Origin: an uncultured Thermococci archaeon
GTDB lineage: Archaea; CAYQAE01; CAYVLA01
Assembly: GCA_964549615.1 (NCBI GenBank)
Contig: CAZJVP010000048.1
Coordinates: 4,896 to 68,895 of the forward strand
Direction: 5' to 3'
DNA: 64,000 nt
The position numbers were made by a program, and so were the translations under genes. The notes beneath the pieces are model-generated. The model was not told the origin of the DNA and made no database searches. It saw only the letters and a program-made list of their open reading frames with translations. Numbering within the stretch: position 1 is the stretch's first letter; each line of letters begins with the position of its first letter. Below, one piece after another: positions 1 through 8,890 of this stretch.

Positions 1-379
1 CGAAAAGCTCGAGCAGGTTCTGGATCCTGTCCGGCACGATCTCCCTGGGCACGTCGTAGAGGGCTGCCATGAACTCGAGGAATTCGTAGGCGCTTAGCTT
101 CTCGTACAGCCCGGGAGATTCGGCCAGAAGGCCCGTCACCCGCTTGACCTCGTTGGGCTCCTTGAGGATGTCATGCCCTCCAACCATGGCAGTTCCGGAG
201 GTCGGCTTGATTATGCAGTTGAGGAGACGGACGGTCGTGGTCTTCCCCGCACCGTTCGGGCCAAGCAGCCCGAAGGTCTCGCCCTCGTATACCTCGAGGT
301 TGAGATGATCCACAGCCCTTATCTCCCCGCGTTTACCATAGTACTTACAGAGGTCCACCGTCCGAGCCACCACGTTCAT
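1..379 (-). CDS. ABC transporter ATP-binding protein, N-terminal part (gene runs off the left window edge)
   Basis: Reverse-strand reading from the ATG (complement of 377-379) gives MNVVARTVDLCKYYGKRGEIRAVDHLNLEVYEGETFGLLGPNGAGKTTTVRLLNCIIKPTSG... with Walker A GPNGAGKT. Absent from the ORF track because it is truncated by the edge. Confidence 0.85.
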   Translation of the reverse strand, partial: MNVVARTVDLCKYYGKRGEIRAVDHLNLEVYEGETFGLLGPNGAGKTTTVRLLNCIIKPTSGTAMVGGHDILKEPNEVKRVTGLLAESPGLYEKLSAYEFLEFMAALYDVPREIVPDRIQNLLELF

Positions 380-415
380 GCGTCGCACCCGCCTGTTGCG
401 GCTGGCCTTTGGCGC

Positions 416-425
416 CTATTTATCC
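416..425 (-). promoter_or_regulatory. TATA-like box upstream of the truncated ABC ATPase gene
   Basis: The minus strand reads GGATAAATAG about 40 nt upstream of the ATG at 379. Confidence 0.3.
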
Positions 426-658
426 CTCACAAGCCCCATCCTCTTATAGTACTCCAAATACCCATGCCGGTCCACCGAGGGTTGGCCTGGTCCGGCAATC
501 TTCAAACGAGAATAGCTCATGGGAGGCAGAGGTCCTGTCCTCCGCCTCCCGGTACTGGCCACCTTCACGGCGAACCCCGCCGCAAAAATCCCAGCCTCAC
601 CAAGACCCGCCAGCCAGCCTGACAAAGATTATTCAGCGGCCGATGAGGGCGCGACGCC

Positions 659-2113
659 ATGCCGATCAAGATAGCGATGATCGGGGCGGGCAGCATTCTC
701 TTCACGCGACGGCTCATCCAGGATGTCCTCACCGTTCCGGAGCTGGAGGATGCCGAGTTCGCCCTGACCGACATCAACGAACGAAACCTGGGCATGGTCT
801 ACCAGCTTGTGAAGCGCGACGTACAAGCGAACGGGAAGCCGGCCAAGTTGGTGGCAACCCTCAACCGTCGCGAGGCACTCGAAGGGGCCGACTACGTATT
901 CTGCACAGTTCGCGTCGGTGGCCTTGAGGCATTCCAGCTCGACATCGATATCCCTCTCGAATACGGCGTTGACCAGTGCGTCGGCGACACGTTGTGCGTC
1001 GGCGGGATCACGTACGCCCAGCGTTCGATCCCCGCGCTATTGGAATTCTGCCAGGATATCCGGGAGGTCGCGGCTCCCGATTGCCTCCTCATGAACTACG
1101 CAAACCCCATGGCGATGAACACCTGGGCATGCGTGAAGTACGGCCGGGTACGGACGGTGGGGCTCTGCCACGGGATCCAGGGCGGCATACGACAGATCGC
1201 AGACGTGCTCCATGTCCCTGCAAAGGAACTGGATGTCATCTGCGCCGGAATCAACCATCAGGCATGGTTCATCTCTGTGAAGCACGAGGGCAAGGAGCTC
1301 ACCGGAAGGCTTCTCCCAGCGTTCGAGCGACACCCCGTGTACCGGAGGACCGAGAAGGTGCGCATAGATATGCTCCGCCGGTTCGGCTACTATACCACCG
1401 AGAGCAACGGCCATGTCTCGGAGTACGTTCCCTGGTACAGGAAGCGGCCACGGGAGATCCGCAAGTGGATCGACCTGAGCTCCTGGATCAACGGGGAAAC
1501 GGGAGGGTTCCTGCGCGTCTGCATCGAGTCGCGGAACTGGTTTGAGACGGACTTCCCGAAATGGCTTAAGGCCGATCCGCCGAGGTACAGCCCCGAGAAA
1601 CGGTCAAGCGAACACGGATCCTACATCATCGAGGCACTGGAGACCGGGCGCACATATCGCGGCTACTTCAACGTGCTCAACAGGGGAATAATCACCAACC
1701 TCCCCGACGACTGTATCGTCGAGGCCCCAGGTTACGTTGACCGGAATGGAATCAACATGCCGATCGTCGGGGATCTGCCACTTGCGTGCGCCGCGACCTG
1801 CAACGCGAGCGTCCAGGTGCAGAGGATGGCGGTCGAGGCCGCGGTGCACGGGGATGTCACCCTGCTCAAACAGGCTGCCCTGCATGATCCGCTTACGGCC
1901 GCGGTGTGCAACCCGCCCGAGATATGGCAGATGATCGACCGAATGCTCGTTGCCCAGGCCAAGTGGCTGCCCCAATACGGAAAGGAGATCCCGAAGGCCA
2001 GGCGGAGGCTGGCCTCCCAGAAGAACCTCGGCACGAGATCCAACCGGGGAGCCGCCCGACTCAAGATAAGGACCGTTGACCAGATGAGGCGCAGCGCGAA
2101 GGCGCGCAGATAG
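659..2113 (+). CDS. Glycoside hydrolase family 4 (NAD+/metal-dependent alpha-glucosidase/alpha-galactosidase type)
   Basis: N-terminal Rossmann KIAMIGAGSILFTRRL, the NYANPMAM block and the GLCHG Cys-His motif. The 484-aa length fits GH4 enzymes. Confidence 0.85.
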   Translation: MPIKIAMIGAGSILFTRRLIQDVLTVPELEDAEFALTDINERNLGMVYQLVKRDVQANGKPAKLVATLNRREALEGADYVFCTVRVGGLEAFQLDIDIPLEYGVDQCVGDTLCVGGITYAQRSIPALLEFCQDIREVAAPDCLLMNYANPMAMNTWACVKYGRVRTVGLCHGIQGGIRQIADVLHVPAKELDVICAGINHQAWFISVKHEGKELTGRLLPAFERHPVYRRTEKVRIDMLRRFGYYTTESNGHVSEYVPWYRKRPREIRKWIDLSSWINGETGGFLRVCIESRNWFETDFPKWLKADPPRYSPEKRSSEHGSYIIEALETGRTYRGYFNVLNRGIITNLPDDCIVEAPGYVDRNGINMPIVGDLPLACAATCNASVQVQRMAVEAAVHGDVTLLKQAALHDPLTAAVCNPPEIWQMIDRMLVAQAKWLPQYGKEIPKARRRLASQKNLGTRSNRGAARLKIRTVDQMRRSAKARR

Positions 2114-2346
2114 GGGGGCATCGGCCCTCAGCCATCACTCAGGCCATCCATCCAAGGACGAAGCGCTCCTGCCGAGCGACTTCAAGCAAAGACCGGACGA
2201 ATTATCAAGGAAGCCGGAGGGGTCTTGGCTTCAGTTTGACTTGTGGGCATCCTGTCCAAGCTGCGAGGCCGGGTGCTAGCCTTTGCTTGGACTGGTCCCC
2301 ACGCCGATCAGCAAGACATAAGAGGCGCATCGCCGGGCGCTACCAC

Positions 2347-3381
2347 ATGCCAGACTCTTCGAAGGCCAGGAGGGTCAAGGTGGGCGTGATCGGCGTTGGA
2401 GCCATCGGCAGGCACCATGCCCAGGCATACAGGAACGCACCGGAGGCCGAGTTGGTCGCGATAGCGGACATCGATGAGGGCAGGGCCCGTGCTGCGGCAA
2501 CCGAGCTCGGCGTGCCCAACGTCTTCACCGACTACAGGAAGATGCTCAAGATGCCCGGCTTGGAGGCAGTGAGCGTCTGCCTGCCCAACGTCTTGCATGC
2601 CCCAGCATCGATCGCTGCTCTGGAAGCCGGCAAACACGTGTTGTGCGAGAAGCCCCTCGCCACCGATGTCGCGAGCGCGCAGAGGATGGTGAGAGCTTCC
2701 AGGAAGAGCGGGAAGCGGCTGGCGATGTCGCTCAACCTGCGCCATACCGGAAGCGCCCAGATGCTCAAGAAGGCCGCTGAATCGGGGCTGCTCGGCCGCA
2801 TCTATCACGGGAAGGGCGGGATGCTGAGGAATAATGCCATACCGAAGGGCTGGTTCCACCGAAAAGAGTTCGCGGGTGGCGGGCCGCTGCTCGACCTCGG
2901 CTCCCACATACTGGACGTAACATGGTGGGTTATGGGCAAGCCGAGGCCGGTCTCGGCTTACGGCGCCACTTACGCCGAGTTCGGCCCTAGGGGATTGGGG
3001 AAGGGAGACTGGGGGGTTGGCTACGAGGAGGGCCCCTTCGACGTGGAGGACCTCGCCTTGGGGCTTGTGCGGTTCGAGGGCGGGGAGACGGCCTTCGTGG
3101 AGGTAAGCTGGGCTGTGAACGCCAAGCCGATCACCTACAGTTACGTCTGCGGAACGGAGGGCGGCGCGTCGCTTTACCCAACCTTCGAAACGTTCAGGAC
3201 GGACGGCACGCCCCTGACCATGGAACCGCTACAAGATTCGAACCCGCCGGTAAGATTCATCCAAGACCTGCTTGCGGACAGGCCACCCGTCGGGCCGGCC
3301 GAGGAGGGAGTCGTCGTGATGAAGATGCTCGAGGGCATCTACAACTCGGCGGAGACGGGTCGCGAGGTCCGGATACGCTAG
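2347..3381 (+). CDS. Gfo/Idh/MocA family NAD(P)-dependent oxidoreductase
   Basis: VKVGVIGVGAIGRHHAQAY Rossmann start and an EKPLA motif (CEKPLATD). The ORF-track start at 2236 adds an Arg/Ser-rich extension, so the ATG at 2347 is preferred. Confidence 0.85.
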   Translation: MPDSSKARRVKVGVIGVGAIGRHHAQAYRNAPEAELVAIADIDEGRARAAATELGVPNVFTDYRKMLKMPGLEAVSVCLPNVLHAPASIAALEAGKHVLCEKPLATDVASAQRMVRASRKSGKRLAMSLNLRHTGSAQMLKKAAESGLLGRIYHGKGGMLRNNAIPKGWFHRKEFAGGGPLLDLGSHILDVTWWVMGKPRPVSAYGATYAEFGPRGLGKGDWGVGYEEGPFDVEDLALGLVRFEGGETAFVEVSWAVNAKPITYSYVCGTEGGASLYPTFETFRTDGTPLTMEPLQDSNPPVRFIQDLLADRPPVGPAEEGVVVMKMLEGIYNSAETGREVRIR

Positions 3382-3557
3382 CTTAGCCTTGTGAGTCGGT
3401 TGCCCGGAAGTCACGGGCGTGACATCTCGGATAGGCGTGCATGTCCGCCCCTTAACGGCCATCTTGTGGTGAGTTGCAATGAGGTTCTTTCCTAAGGAAG
3501 GGCCCATGGGCGAAGTGACTGTGGGTTGCCTGAGGGGGGCACATGGGTCCCGGGGGA

Positions 3558-3568
3558 ACATTTTTCAC
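3558..3568 (+). promoter_or_regulatory. TATA-like box for the RHH gene
   Basis: ACATTTTTCAC lies about 30-35 nt upstream of the ATG at 3596. Confidence 0.35.
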
Positions 3569-3573
3569 TTACG

Positions 3574-3587
3574 GGTTACGCGTAACC
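3574..3587. promoter_or_regulatory. Perfect 14-bp palindrome GGTTACGCGTAACC, candidate operator
   Basis: Self-complementary 14-mer read directly from the sequence. It lies between the TATA-like box and the ATG at 3596 of a ribbon-helix-helix protein gene. Confidence 0.5.
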
Positions 3588-3595
3588 GCGATACA

Positions 3596-4126
3596 ATGCC
3601 TGCAGGAAAGCGCATAGGAAAGAAAATGCCTCACAGAGAGTTGGAGGAGTGGCGAAATCGCTGCATGGAGGCCATGAAGCTGTGGGTGGAGAAGAGTAAG
3701 GAGGCCCTGAGGTGCGGGGAGGACGAGATACCCCCGATACCAGCGCTGCCCCCACTTCCTCCGCTTCAGCATGGCCCGCCAGGTTTCGGCGGAAACCGTG
3801 AGCATGTTCCCCCCTTCTTCGGCCCGCCGCGGTCCAACGTGGTGGCCTCCAGGATAGACGACGAGGGACTCAAAGTCGTGGACATGCTCGTCGAGGCCGG
3901 CCTCTTCGATACCCGGTCAGAAGCTGTGGCTTATCTGGTGGCCGAAGGCATCAAGGCTCGCAAGGACGTCATCGACCAAGTCTCGGCGGCGCTCGGAGAG
4001 ATCCGCGAGATAGCCAAACGAAGAGAGGAGAGGATCGCCAAGCTCAGGGAGCAGATAGGCATCGCCCGCCCGGAGGCCCCCGGCGAAACCCCATACACCA
4101 AGGACCAGCCCCCGTCGCTGCGCTAA
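3596..4126 (+). CDS. Ribbon-helix-helix (CopG/Arc-like) domain protein with Pro-rich linker and C-terminal coiled coil
   Basis: RHH-like segment SNVVASRIDDEGLKVVDMLVEAGLFDTRSEAVAYLVAEGIKA (beta strand plus two helices). Start uncertain: in-frame ATGs at 3479, 3505, 3596 and 3626. Confidence 0.6.
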   Translation: MPAGKRIGKKMPHRELEEWRNRCMEAMKLWVEKSKEALRCGEDEIPPIPALPPLPPLQHGPPGFGGNREHVPPFFGPPRSNVVASRIDDEGLKVVDMLVEAGLFDTRSEAVAYLVAEGIKARKDVIDQVSAALGEIREIAKRREERIAKLREQIGIARPEAPGETPYTKDQPPSLR

Positions 4127-4343
4127 GGCGCGAGCTCAGCCCCAAATTCCGCCTGCCACAGACTCCCATCTGCGTCGATTGGGTGAGGAAAGCACGGAGG
4201 AAGGGGTGACGTTCCTGGACAAGCACAGAAGTGGAGGAGCCGCATCGTGGTTCCAGAGCGTTCCAGCGAACACTTAAGGGCCGTCTCACGCTTAGCAAGG
4301 AGGCTGTGAAGCGCAAGGCGCAAGTCTACTCGGAGGAGACGTT

Positions 4344-5714
4344 GTGAGCGTTCCCAAGAGGTCTCTGGCAAACATTTGGAGAAGGAAGGTAAGGACAGCC
4401 TTGATCGTATTGGCACTCGGTTTCTCCGTTTCCATTGCGATCTCGGTTCCTGCCGCCTTGAAGGCGCAGGGCAACTTGACGGAGGCAATAGTCCGGACCC
4501 AAAGGGTGGGATACACAGCCATGATCAACCTTACGGCGACCGAGATCCTAGTTGGGCCGCCCACGCCCACCTTCGAGATGGGAGCAGGCGGCATGCGGAT
4601 GCGCCAGATGCTCGGCTTCGGAGGCCAAGGGTCCCTCAACCAGACCATAACGGATGAGATCGGATCGATGGCCGGCGTTGAGTTGACGGTGCCCATCCTG
4701 CAGAGGATGGTATCCCTTCCTTCGCAAGAGACCTCGACCCAGACGGGGTTCAGGATGAGAAACTTCCTTCAGGTCATTGGAGTCGGGACGAACGCCTTCC
4801 TCGTCAAGGAGCGTGCCCTTCTGCCGAGAACGACGCTGGAAGGTCGAACCCTCACCCAGGAGGATGCAGGATGTATCATGATCGGGTCCAACCTCCGGGA
4901 CCTACTCGGGGTAGGCGTGGGAGACACGATGCAGCTTGGCGACAAGACCTTTCAGATCATCGGCGTCTTTGACTCGGGCACAACATCCACAACGACCGAG
5001 GGGGGGCGGCGCTTTGCGCCCAGCTACGCCTACATGCTGCTCTCGGACGCCCAGGATCTGTTCGGCATGAACGGGCAGGTCACTTCGGTGAGGGTCTACG
5101 TTGAGAGCGTCGACCTGGTGCAGAGCGTGGTTGACCAGATAGCCAATACGTACGGAGAGAACGTCACCGTCACGACCCAGGAAAGCCTGCTGCAGAACCT
5201 CCCGCAGGTATACAGAAACGTTGAGGACACGGTCAGCGAGCAGCTCAACCAGGCCCGAAGCATGGCCACCCAGGAGGTTGCGATCTCACTGATCGTCGGA
5301 GGCGTCATAGTGTTCTCGACGATGTTCTACACGGTCCGGGAAAGGACCAAGGAGATAGGGATACTCAAGGCACTGGGCTTCAGGGACCGAGACGTGATGA
5401 GCCAGTTCATGCTTGAGGGCGTCGTCATAAGCCTCGTGGGCGGGCTTGCAGGGGTGGCGATCGCGGCAGTGGGGGCTCCCGCGCTGGCCAATCTCTTGCT
5501 TCGCCCGATCTCGGTTACGGGGCAGGGAGGGGCGGGCGGCGGCTTCTTCCCGGGCCAGATAAGCGTGGAGCAGATCCAGCTGAGCGCCCCACTGGATGTG
5601 GGGCTGGCGCTGGTCGGCATCGGGATTGCGGTCGTCCTAGGAGTCGTGGGGAGCTTCTACCCCGCCCTCCACGCCTCTAGGCAGAACCCGGTGGAGGCGT
5701 TAAGACATGAGTAG
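4344..5714 (+). CDS. MacB/FtsX-type ABC transporter permease
   Basis: N-terminal TM (RTALIVLALGFSVSIAISV), a large extracytoplasmic domain and a C-terminal FtsX domain with the KEIGILKALGF motif. GTG start preceded by GGAGGAG. Confidence 0.85.
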   Translation: MSVPKRSLANIWRRKVRTALIVLALGFSVSIAISVPAALKAQGNLTEAIVRTQRVGYTAMINLTATEILVGPPTPTFEMGAGGMRMRQMLGFGGQGSLNQTITDEIGSMAGVELTVPILQRMVSLPSQETSTQTGFRMRNFLQVIGVGTNAFLVKERALLPRTTLEGRTLTQEDAGCIMIGSNLRDLLGVGVGDTMQLGDKTFQIIGVFDSGTTSTTTEGGRRFAPSYAYMLLSDAQDLFGMNGQVTSVRVYVESVDLVQSVVDQIANTYGENVTVTTQESLLQNLPQVYRNVEDTVSEQLNQARSMATQEVAISLIVGGVIVFSTMFYTVRERTKEIGILKALGFRDRDVMSQFMLEGVVISLVGGLAGVAIAAVGAPALANLLLRPISVTGQGGAGGGFFPGQISVEQIQLSAPLDVGLALVGIGIAVVLGVVGSFYPALHASRQNPVEALRHE

Positions 5715-6573
5715 CGCGATTGCTCCTGAAGGCACCGACAACTTGACGCTGCCCAGCGCCGATGTCGGCGCGAGGGGCACGGGCTTCAACGTCCTCGTCA
5801 TGCAGGGCGTCACGAAGGTCTACAACAGTGGACCAAATCGGGTGGAAGCACTCAAAGGAATCGACCTCACCGTCGCGCAGGGGACCATGGTTTCCATTAT
5901 GGGGTCCTCGGGCTGTGGCAAGACAACGCTGCTCAACATCGCGGGTTGCCTGGACACGCCCACATCTGGGAGGGTCATCCTTGACGGGATCGACCTGGCA
6001 ACGGTTCCCAGGCGCGACCTACCTACGATAAGGGCCCGCAAGGTCGGCTTCATCTTCCAGACCTTCAACCTCATGCCCATGCTGACGGTGCTAGAGAACG
6101 TTGAGCTTGCGATGGAGCGGGGGACGCTGCCCAAGAACGAGAGAAGGCAAAGGGCCATCCAGCTGCTCGAACAGGTGGGGCTGAGCGAAAGGGTCAACCA
6201 CCGTCCCAACCAGCTCAGCTCCGGCGAACAGCAGAGAGTCGCCATAGCAAGGGCGCTAGCAAACAACCCCTCTCTGATACTGGCAGATGAACCTACGGGG
6301 AACCTCGATAGCAAGACCGGGCTGGGGATAATCAAGATCCTAAGGGGCCTCTGCGCCGACTCGGGGGCTACCATCCTTCTCGTCACGCACGACAGGACGA
6401 TGGGTTCGCTGGGTGACAGGATGCTGTTCCTGCGAGACGGCAGGCTGCTGAAGGAGGAGAAGAAGGGAACGCTTGCTCCCGAGAGGGGCGAGAAGCCCCG
6501 CTGTCCAAGCTGCGGTAGGGAGATAGCAGCCGACTTTGTGGTCTGTCCGTACTGCGGCGCGAAGTTAGCATGA
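5707..6573 (+). CDS. MacB/LolD-type ABC ATP-binding protein with C-terminal zinc ribbon
   Basis: Walker A GSSGCGKTT, signature LSSGEQQRVAIARAL, Walker B ILADEPTGNLD and a C-terminal CPSCGREIAADFVVCPYCG. The ATG overlaps the permease stop (ATGAGTAG). Confidence 0.9.
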   Translation: MSSAIAPEGTDNLTLPSADVGARGTGFNVLVMQGVTKVYNSGPNRVEALKGIDLTVAQGTMVSIMGSSGCGKTTLLNIAGCLDTPTSGRVILDGIDLATVPRRDLPTIRARKVGFIFQTFNLMPMLTVLENVELAMERGTLPKNERRQRAIQLLEQVGLSERVNHRPNQLSSGEQQRVAIARALANNPSLILADEPTGNLDSKTGLGIIKILRGLCADSGATILLVTHDRTMGSLGDRMLFLRDGRLLKEEKKGTLAPERGEKPRCPSCGREIAADFVVCPYCGAKLA

Positions 6574-6595
6574 GATCTCGGGAAGGTGTGAAATC

Positions 6596-7621
6596 ATGAG
6601 TACAGCCCCAGAAGAGCCGCTCGTTCCAGCCGGCGGAATCCCAAGCACGCCCCAAAGTCCTCCGGGCGCCGGGATGGGGAAGAGAAGACGGGAGAACGCC
6701 CTTGCCGGTGTCGTCGTCGTCGCGCTCCTTCTGTCCGCCACGATGGGCGTGGCGCTTTACCAGGTACACAACAAGCTGAAATACGAGACCGAACAGACGG
6801 TGAATCTCTCCCAGCAGTTGGCCGATGTGGAGGCGTCCCTTGCCAAGCAGGTGGACCAGAGCAATAGGTATGCAGCGCTGCTAGAGCAGTACCAACAGAT
6901 AGTCCGCAGCTACCAAGAGAGGATTGCCGAGGCGAACCTCAGCATCAACATCACGACGCCGCTCATCAACCTCACGGCACCGACACATCTCTTGCTGAGC
7001 GAGGCCTCCTTGATCGCCCCGGCCGTAAGAACGGTCGGGTCCTTCCAGGTGAGCTACGAAGGTGTCGCGACAACGCTCAGCTTGGAAATCATTTCTGGCA
7101 AGGGCAGGGTCCTTGTAAGCACGAAGCCGCTCATGGGCGAGGTGTTTCAGGACACTGCGGTCTTGGCCAAGGAGACGGCGGAGCGCCTGACCGGCAAGAG
7201 CCTGGCCAACTGCGACCTCATCTTCTCGATAGAGGCGCCGGCAGAGATACCCGCCGTTGACGGCCCGAGTGCAGGCGCGGCGATGTGCCTGCTGGTGATG
7301 TCCCTGATCCAGGGCAAACAGCTCGCGCCTAATGTGGCCGTGACGGGGACGATCAAATCCGACGGGACGATCGGCGAGATCGGCGGCGTGTTGGAGAAGG
7401 CCAAAGCAGCCAAGGAGGCCGGCGCGAAGATCCTCCTGGTGTCCAAAGAGAACTCGCGCATGACGATCTACAAAGAAACGACGGTCACGAGAGGACGGTG
7501 GACGTATCGCGTCAGCGTGCCCGTCCAAGTCTCGACAGAAGAGTACATCGAGGAAAATGTGGGGATAGATGTCGAGCTCGTGAGTAACGTGCAAGAGCTG
7601 CTTCGCCTCGCCGCCGCATAG
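6596..7621 (+). CDS. Membrane-anchored Lon-type (S16) serine protease domain protein without an AAA+ module
   Basis: One N-terminal TM (ALAGVVVVALLLSATMGVALY), a coiled-coil region, then a Lon proteolytic domain with VDGPSAGAAM (Ser) and GGVLEKAKAAKEAG (Lys). Confidence 0.8.
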   Translation: MSTAPEEPLVPAGGIPSTPQSPPGAGMGKRRRENALAGVVVVALLLSATMGVALYQVHNKLKYETEQTVNLSQQLADVEASLAKQVDQSNRYAALLEQYQQIVRSYQERIAEANLSINITTPLINLTAPTHLLLSEASLIAPAVRTVGSFQVSYEGVATTLSLEIISGKGRVLVSTKPLMGEVFQDTAVLAKETAERLTGKSLANCDLIFSIEAPAEIPAVDGPSAGAAMCLLVMSLIQGKQLAPNVAVTGTIKSDGTIGEIGGVLEKAKAAKEAGAKILLVSKENSRMTIYKETTVTRGRWTYRVSVPVQVSTEEYIEENVGIDVELVSNVQELLRLAAA

Positions 7622-7644
7622 CCCAAGAATAGGCAAGAGCAACC

Positions 7645-8079
7645 GTGCCGGAAAGCCATCCACGACTGGTGGCCGTACGAATGGGAAGGGGTAGCGAAAC
7701 CGAAGAGGACTGCGTGCGACTCAAGGTGGGTTCGCGAAGATTGGAGGTGCGTAGAGCCCCCTCTTTCCCCGGCTCCGGCTTCGTCGGCTTTGCCGAGCTG
7801 TACCTCGACGGGAGGTACGAAGGCTATCTGGCCATACCGAAGGAGGGCGGGCCTAATGTGGTGATCTACGGGAGATCCCAACTCCCTAGAGCAAGAGCTC
7901 CTCTGGGTGAGGCTGCCGGAGATAAGGAGATCTCCCCCGCCCTCGAACGGGTGCAACCGACGGTCTCGGCGCCCGGTGCTGGGTCCCTGCCCATGCCACG
8001 GCACAGGGTCGTGGAAAGCGTGAAACGGATGCTGAGACGCCGGCGGTGGTTGCCGCGTCGACGACAAGGAGAGCCTTGA
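7645..8079 (+). CDS. Hypothetical protein (weakly supported ORF)
   Basis: Only a protein-like stretch, VRLKVGSRRLEVRRAPSFPGSGFVGFAELYLDGRYEGYLAIPKEGGPNVVIYG. The C-terminus is Arg-rich and no motif is recognised. Confidence 0.25.
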   Translation: MPESHPRLVAVRMGRGSETEEDCVRLKVGSRRLEVRRAPSFPGSGFVGFAELYLDGRYEGYLAIPKEGGPNVVIYGRSQLPRARAPLGEAAGDKEISPALERVQPTVSAPGAGSLPMPRHRVVESVKRMLRRRRWLPRRRQGEP

Positions 8080-8383
8080 GCATCAGCATATCGAGATGAT
8101 GCACGCCCAATCGAGGGGTGTCCCGTGCGTCTTTTGCCCGTCAGACTGGGGGAGATCCCCCGTACAGGGAAATGCTGTGGAGATCTACGAATCCGATCGG
8201 TTTCCGCGCGGAGCATCTTTCCAGGCCAGATATGAGACTTCAAAAAAGCGGCAGGTCTTTGTGTTCGGGCAACATGACCGAGCCTGTCTGGGACCACACA
8301 CCGTGACATGCTTTTCTGGTCAAGGACCACGATGGCTGGCTACCGACCATTTGCTTCTGGCGAAGCGTTAGAGGAACTTGAAG

Positions 8384-8390
8384 AAAAAAA
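8384..8390 (-). terminator. Oligo-T tract (T7 on the minus strand) after a GC-rich segment
   Basis: The minus strand reads GGGCGGGGCC TTTTTTT about 80 nt downstream of the stop of the 8468-8890 gene. Archaeal terminators are oligo-T tracts. Confidence 0.35.
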
Positions 8391-8467
8391 GGCCCCGCCC
8401 TCCGACCGCCCTCTCCGGGTTTTCCACGGGGGTCTACGCGCAGCCGGGCGGGGCGCCATATTGCCCA

Positions 8468-8890
8468 TCAGGGCTCCTCGGCCGAAGGCTCCTCTGGCGG
8501 TACTTCGCCCGCCCACCGGCCGCAGCATCCCCAGCGCATGCGCGGGCCTCCGAAGGGCCTACACGGCATGCAGGGCATCCCTGAGCTCTGCCTAAGGGCT
8601 TCCATCTTGGGCCCAACTATCTCGCGTATCTGGTCCATCTTGTCCTTCAACTGCTGGCGAAGATCGTTGGCTTCCTGGGCGAGCTGCTTGACCGTCGCGG
8701 TCTCCTCCTCAGTGAGGTCGAGCTTGGTCGCCATTTCGTCTATCGCGTCGCTGTCGCCGAGATCGAAGCAGCGCATCCACCGGCCCAATCTCCACCCGAT
8801 CTGATTGCACGTCTGGTCAGTCGTCGCATCCGACCCGTCGCTGGTTGCGGCAAGAACCGCCAGCGGGACGATGGTCGCCAGGGCTGCCAT
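8468..8890 (-). CDS. Small secreted protein, possibly LTXXQ/Spy-like helical
   Basis: Hydrophobic N-terminus MAALATIVPLAVLAATS, a helical segment LDLTEEETATVKQLAQEANDLRQQLKDKMDQIREIV and a Cys-rich tail. The true start may lie upstream (see finding). Confidence 0.5.
   Translation of the reverse strand: MAALATIVPLAVLAATSDGSDATTDQTCNQIGWRLGRWMRCFDLGDSDAIDEMATKLDLTEEETATVKQLAQEANDLRQQLKDKMDQIREIVGPKMEALRQSSGMPCMPCRPFGGPRMRWGCCGRWAGEVPPEEPSAEEP

Noticed and set aside
173-927. Several plus- and minus-strand ORFs (173-622, 409-927, 416-625, 565-795) at the left end.
   Set aside because: They are Pro/Arg/Ser/Gly-rich and overlap each other. They lie antisense to, or upstream of, a well-supported ABC ATPase (1-379, minus) and the GH4 gene start. 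This is typical of high-GC artefacts.
6881-7663. 260-aa minus-strand ORF antisense to the Lon-domain gene.
   Set aside because: Arg/Leu/Gly/His-rich with no motifs, and the opposite strand encodes a clear S16 protease domain.
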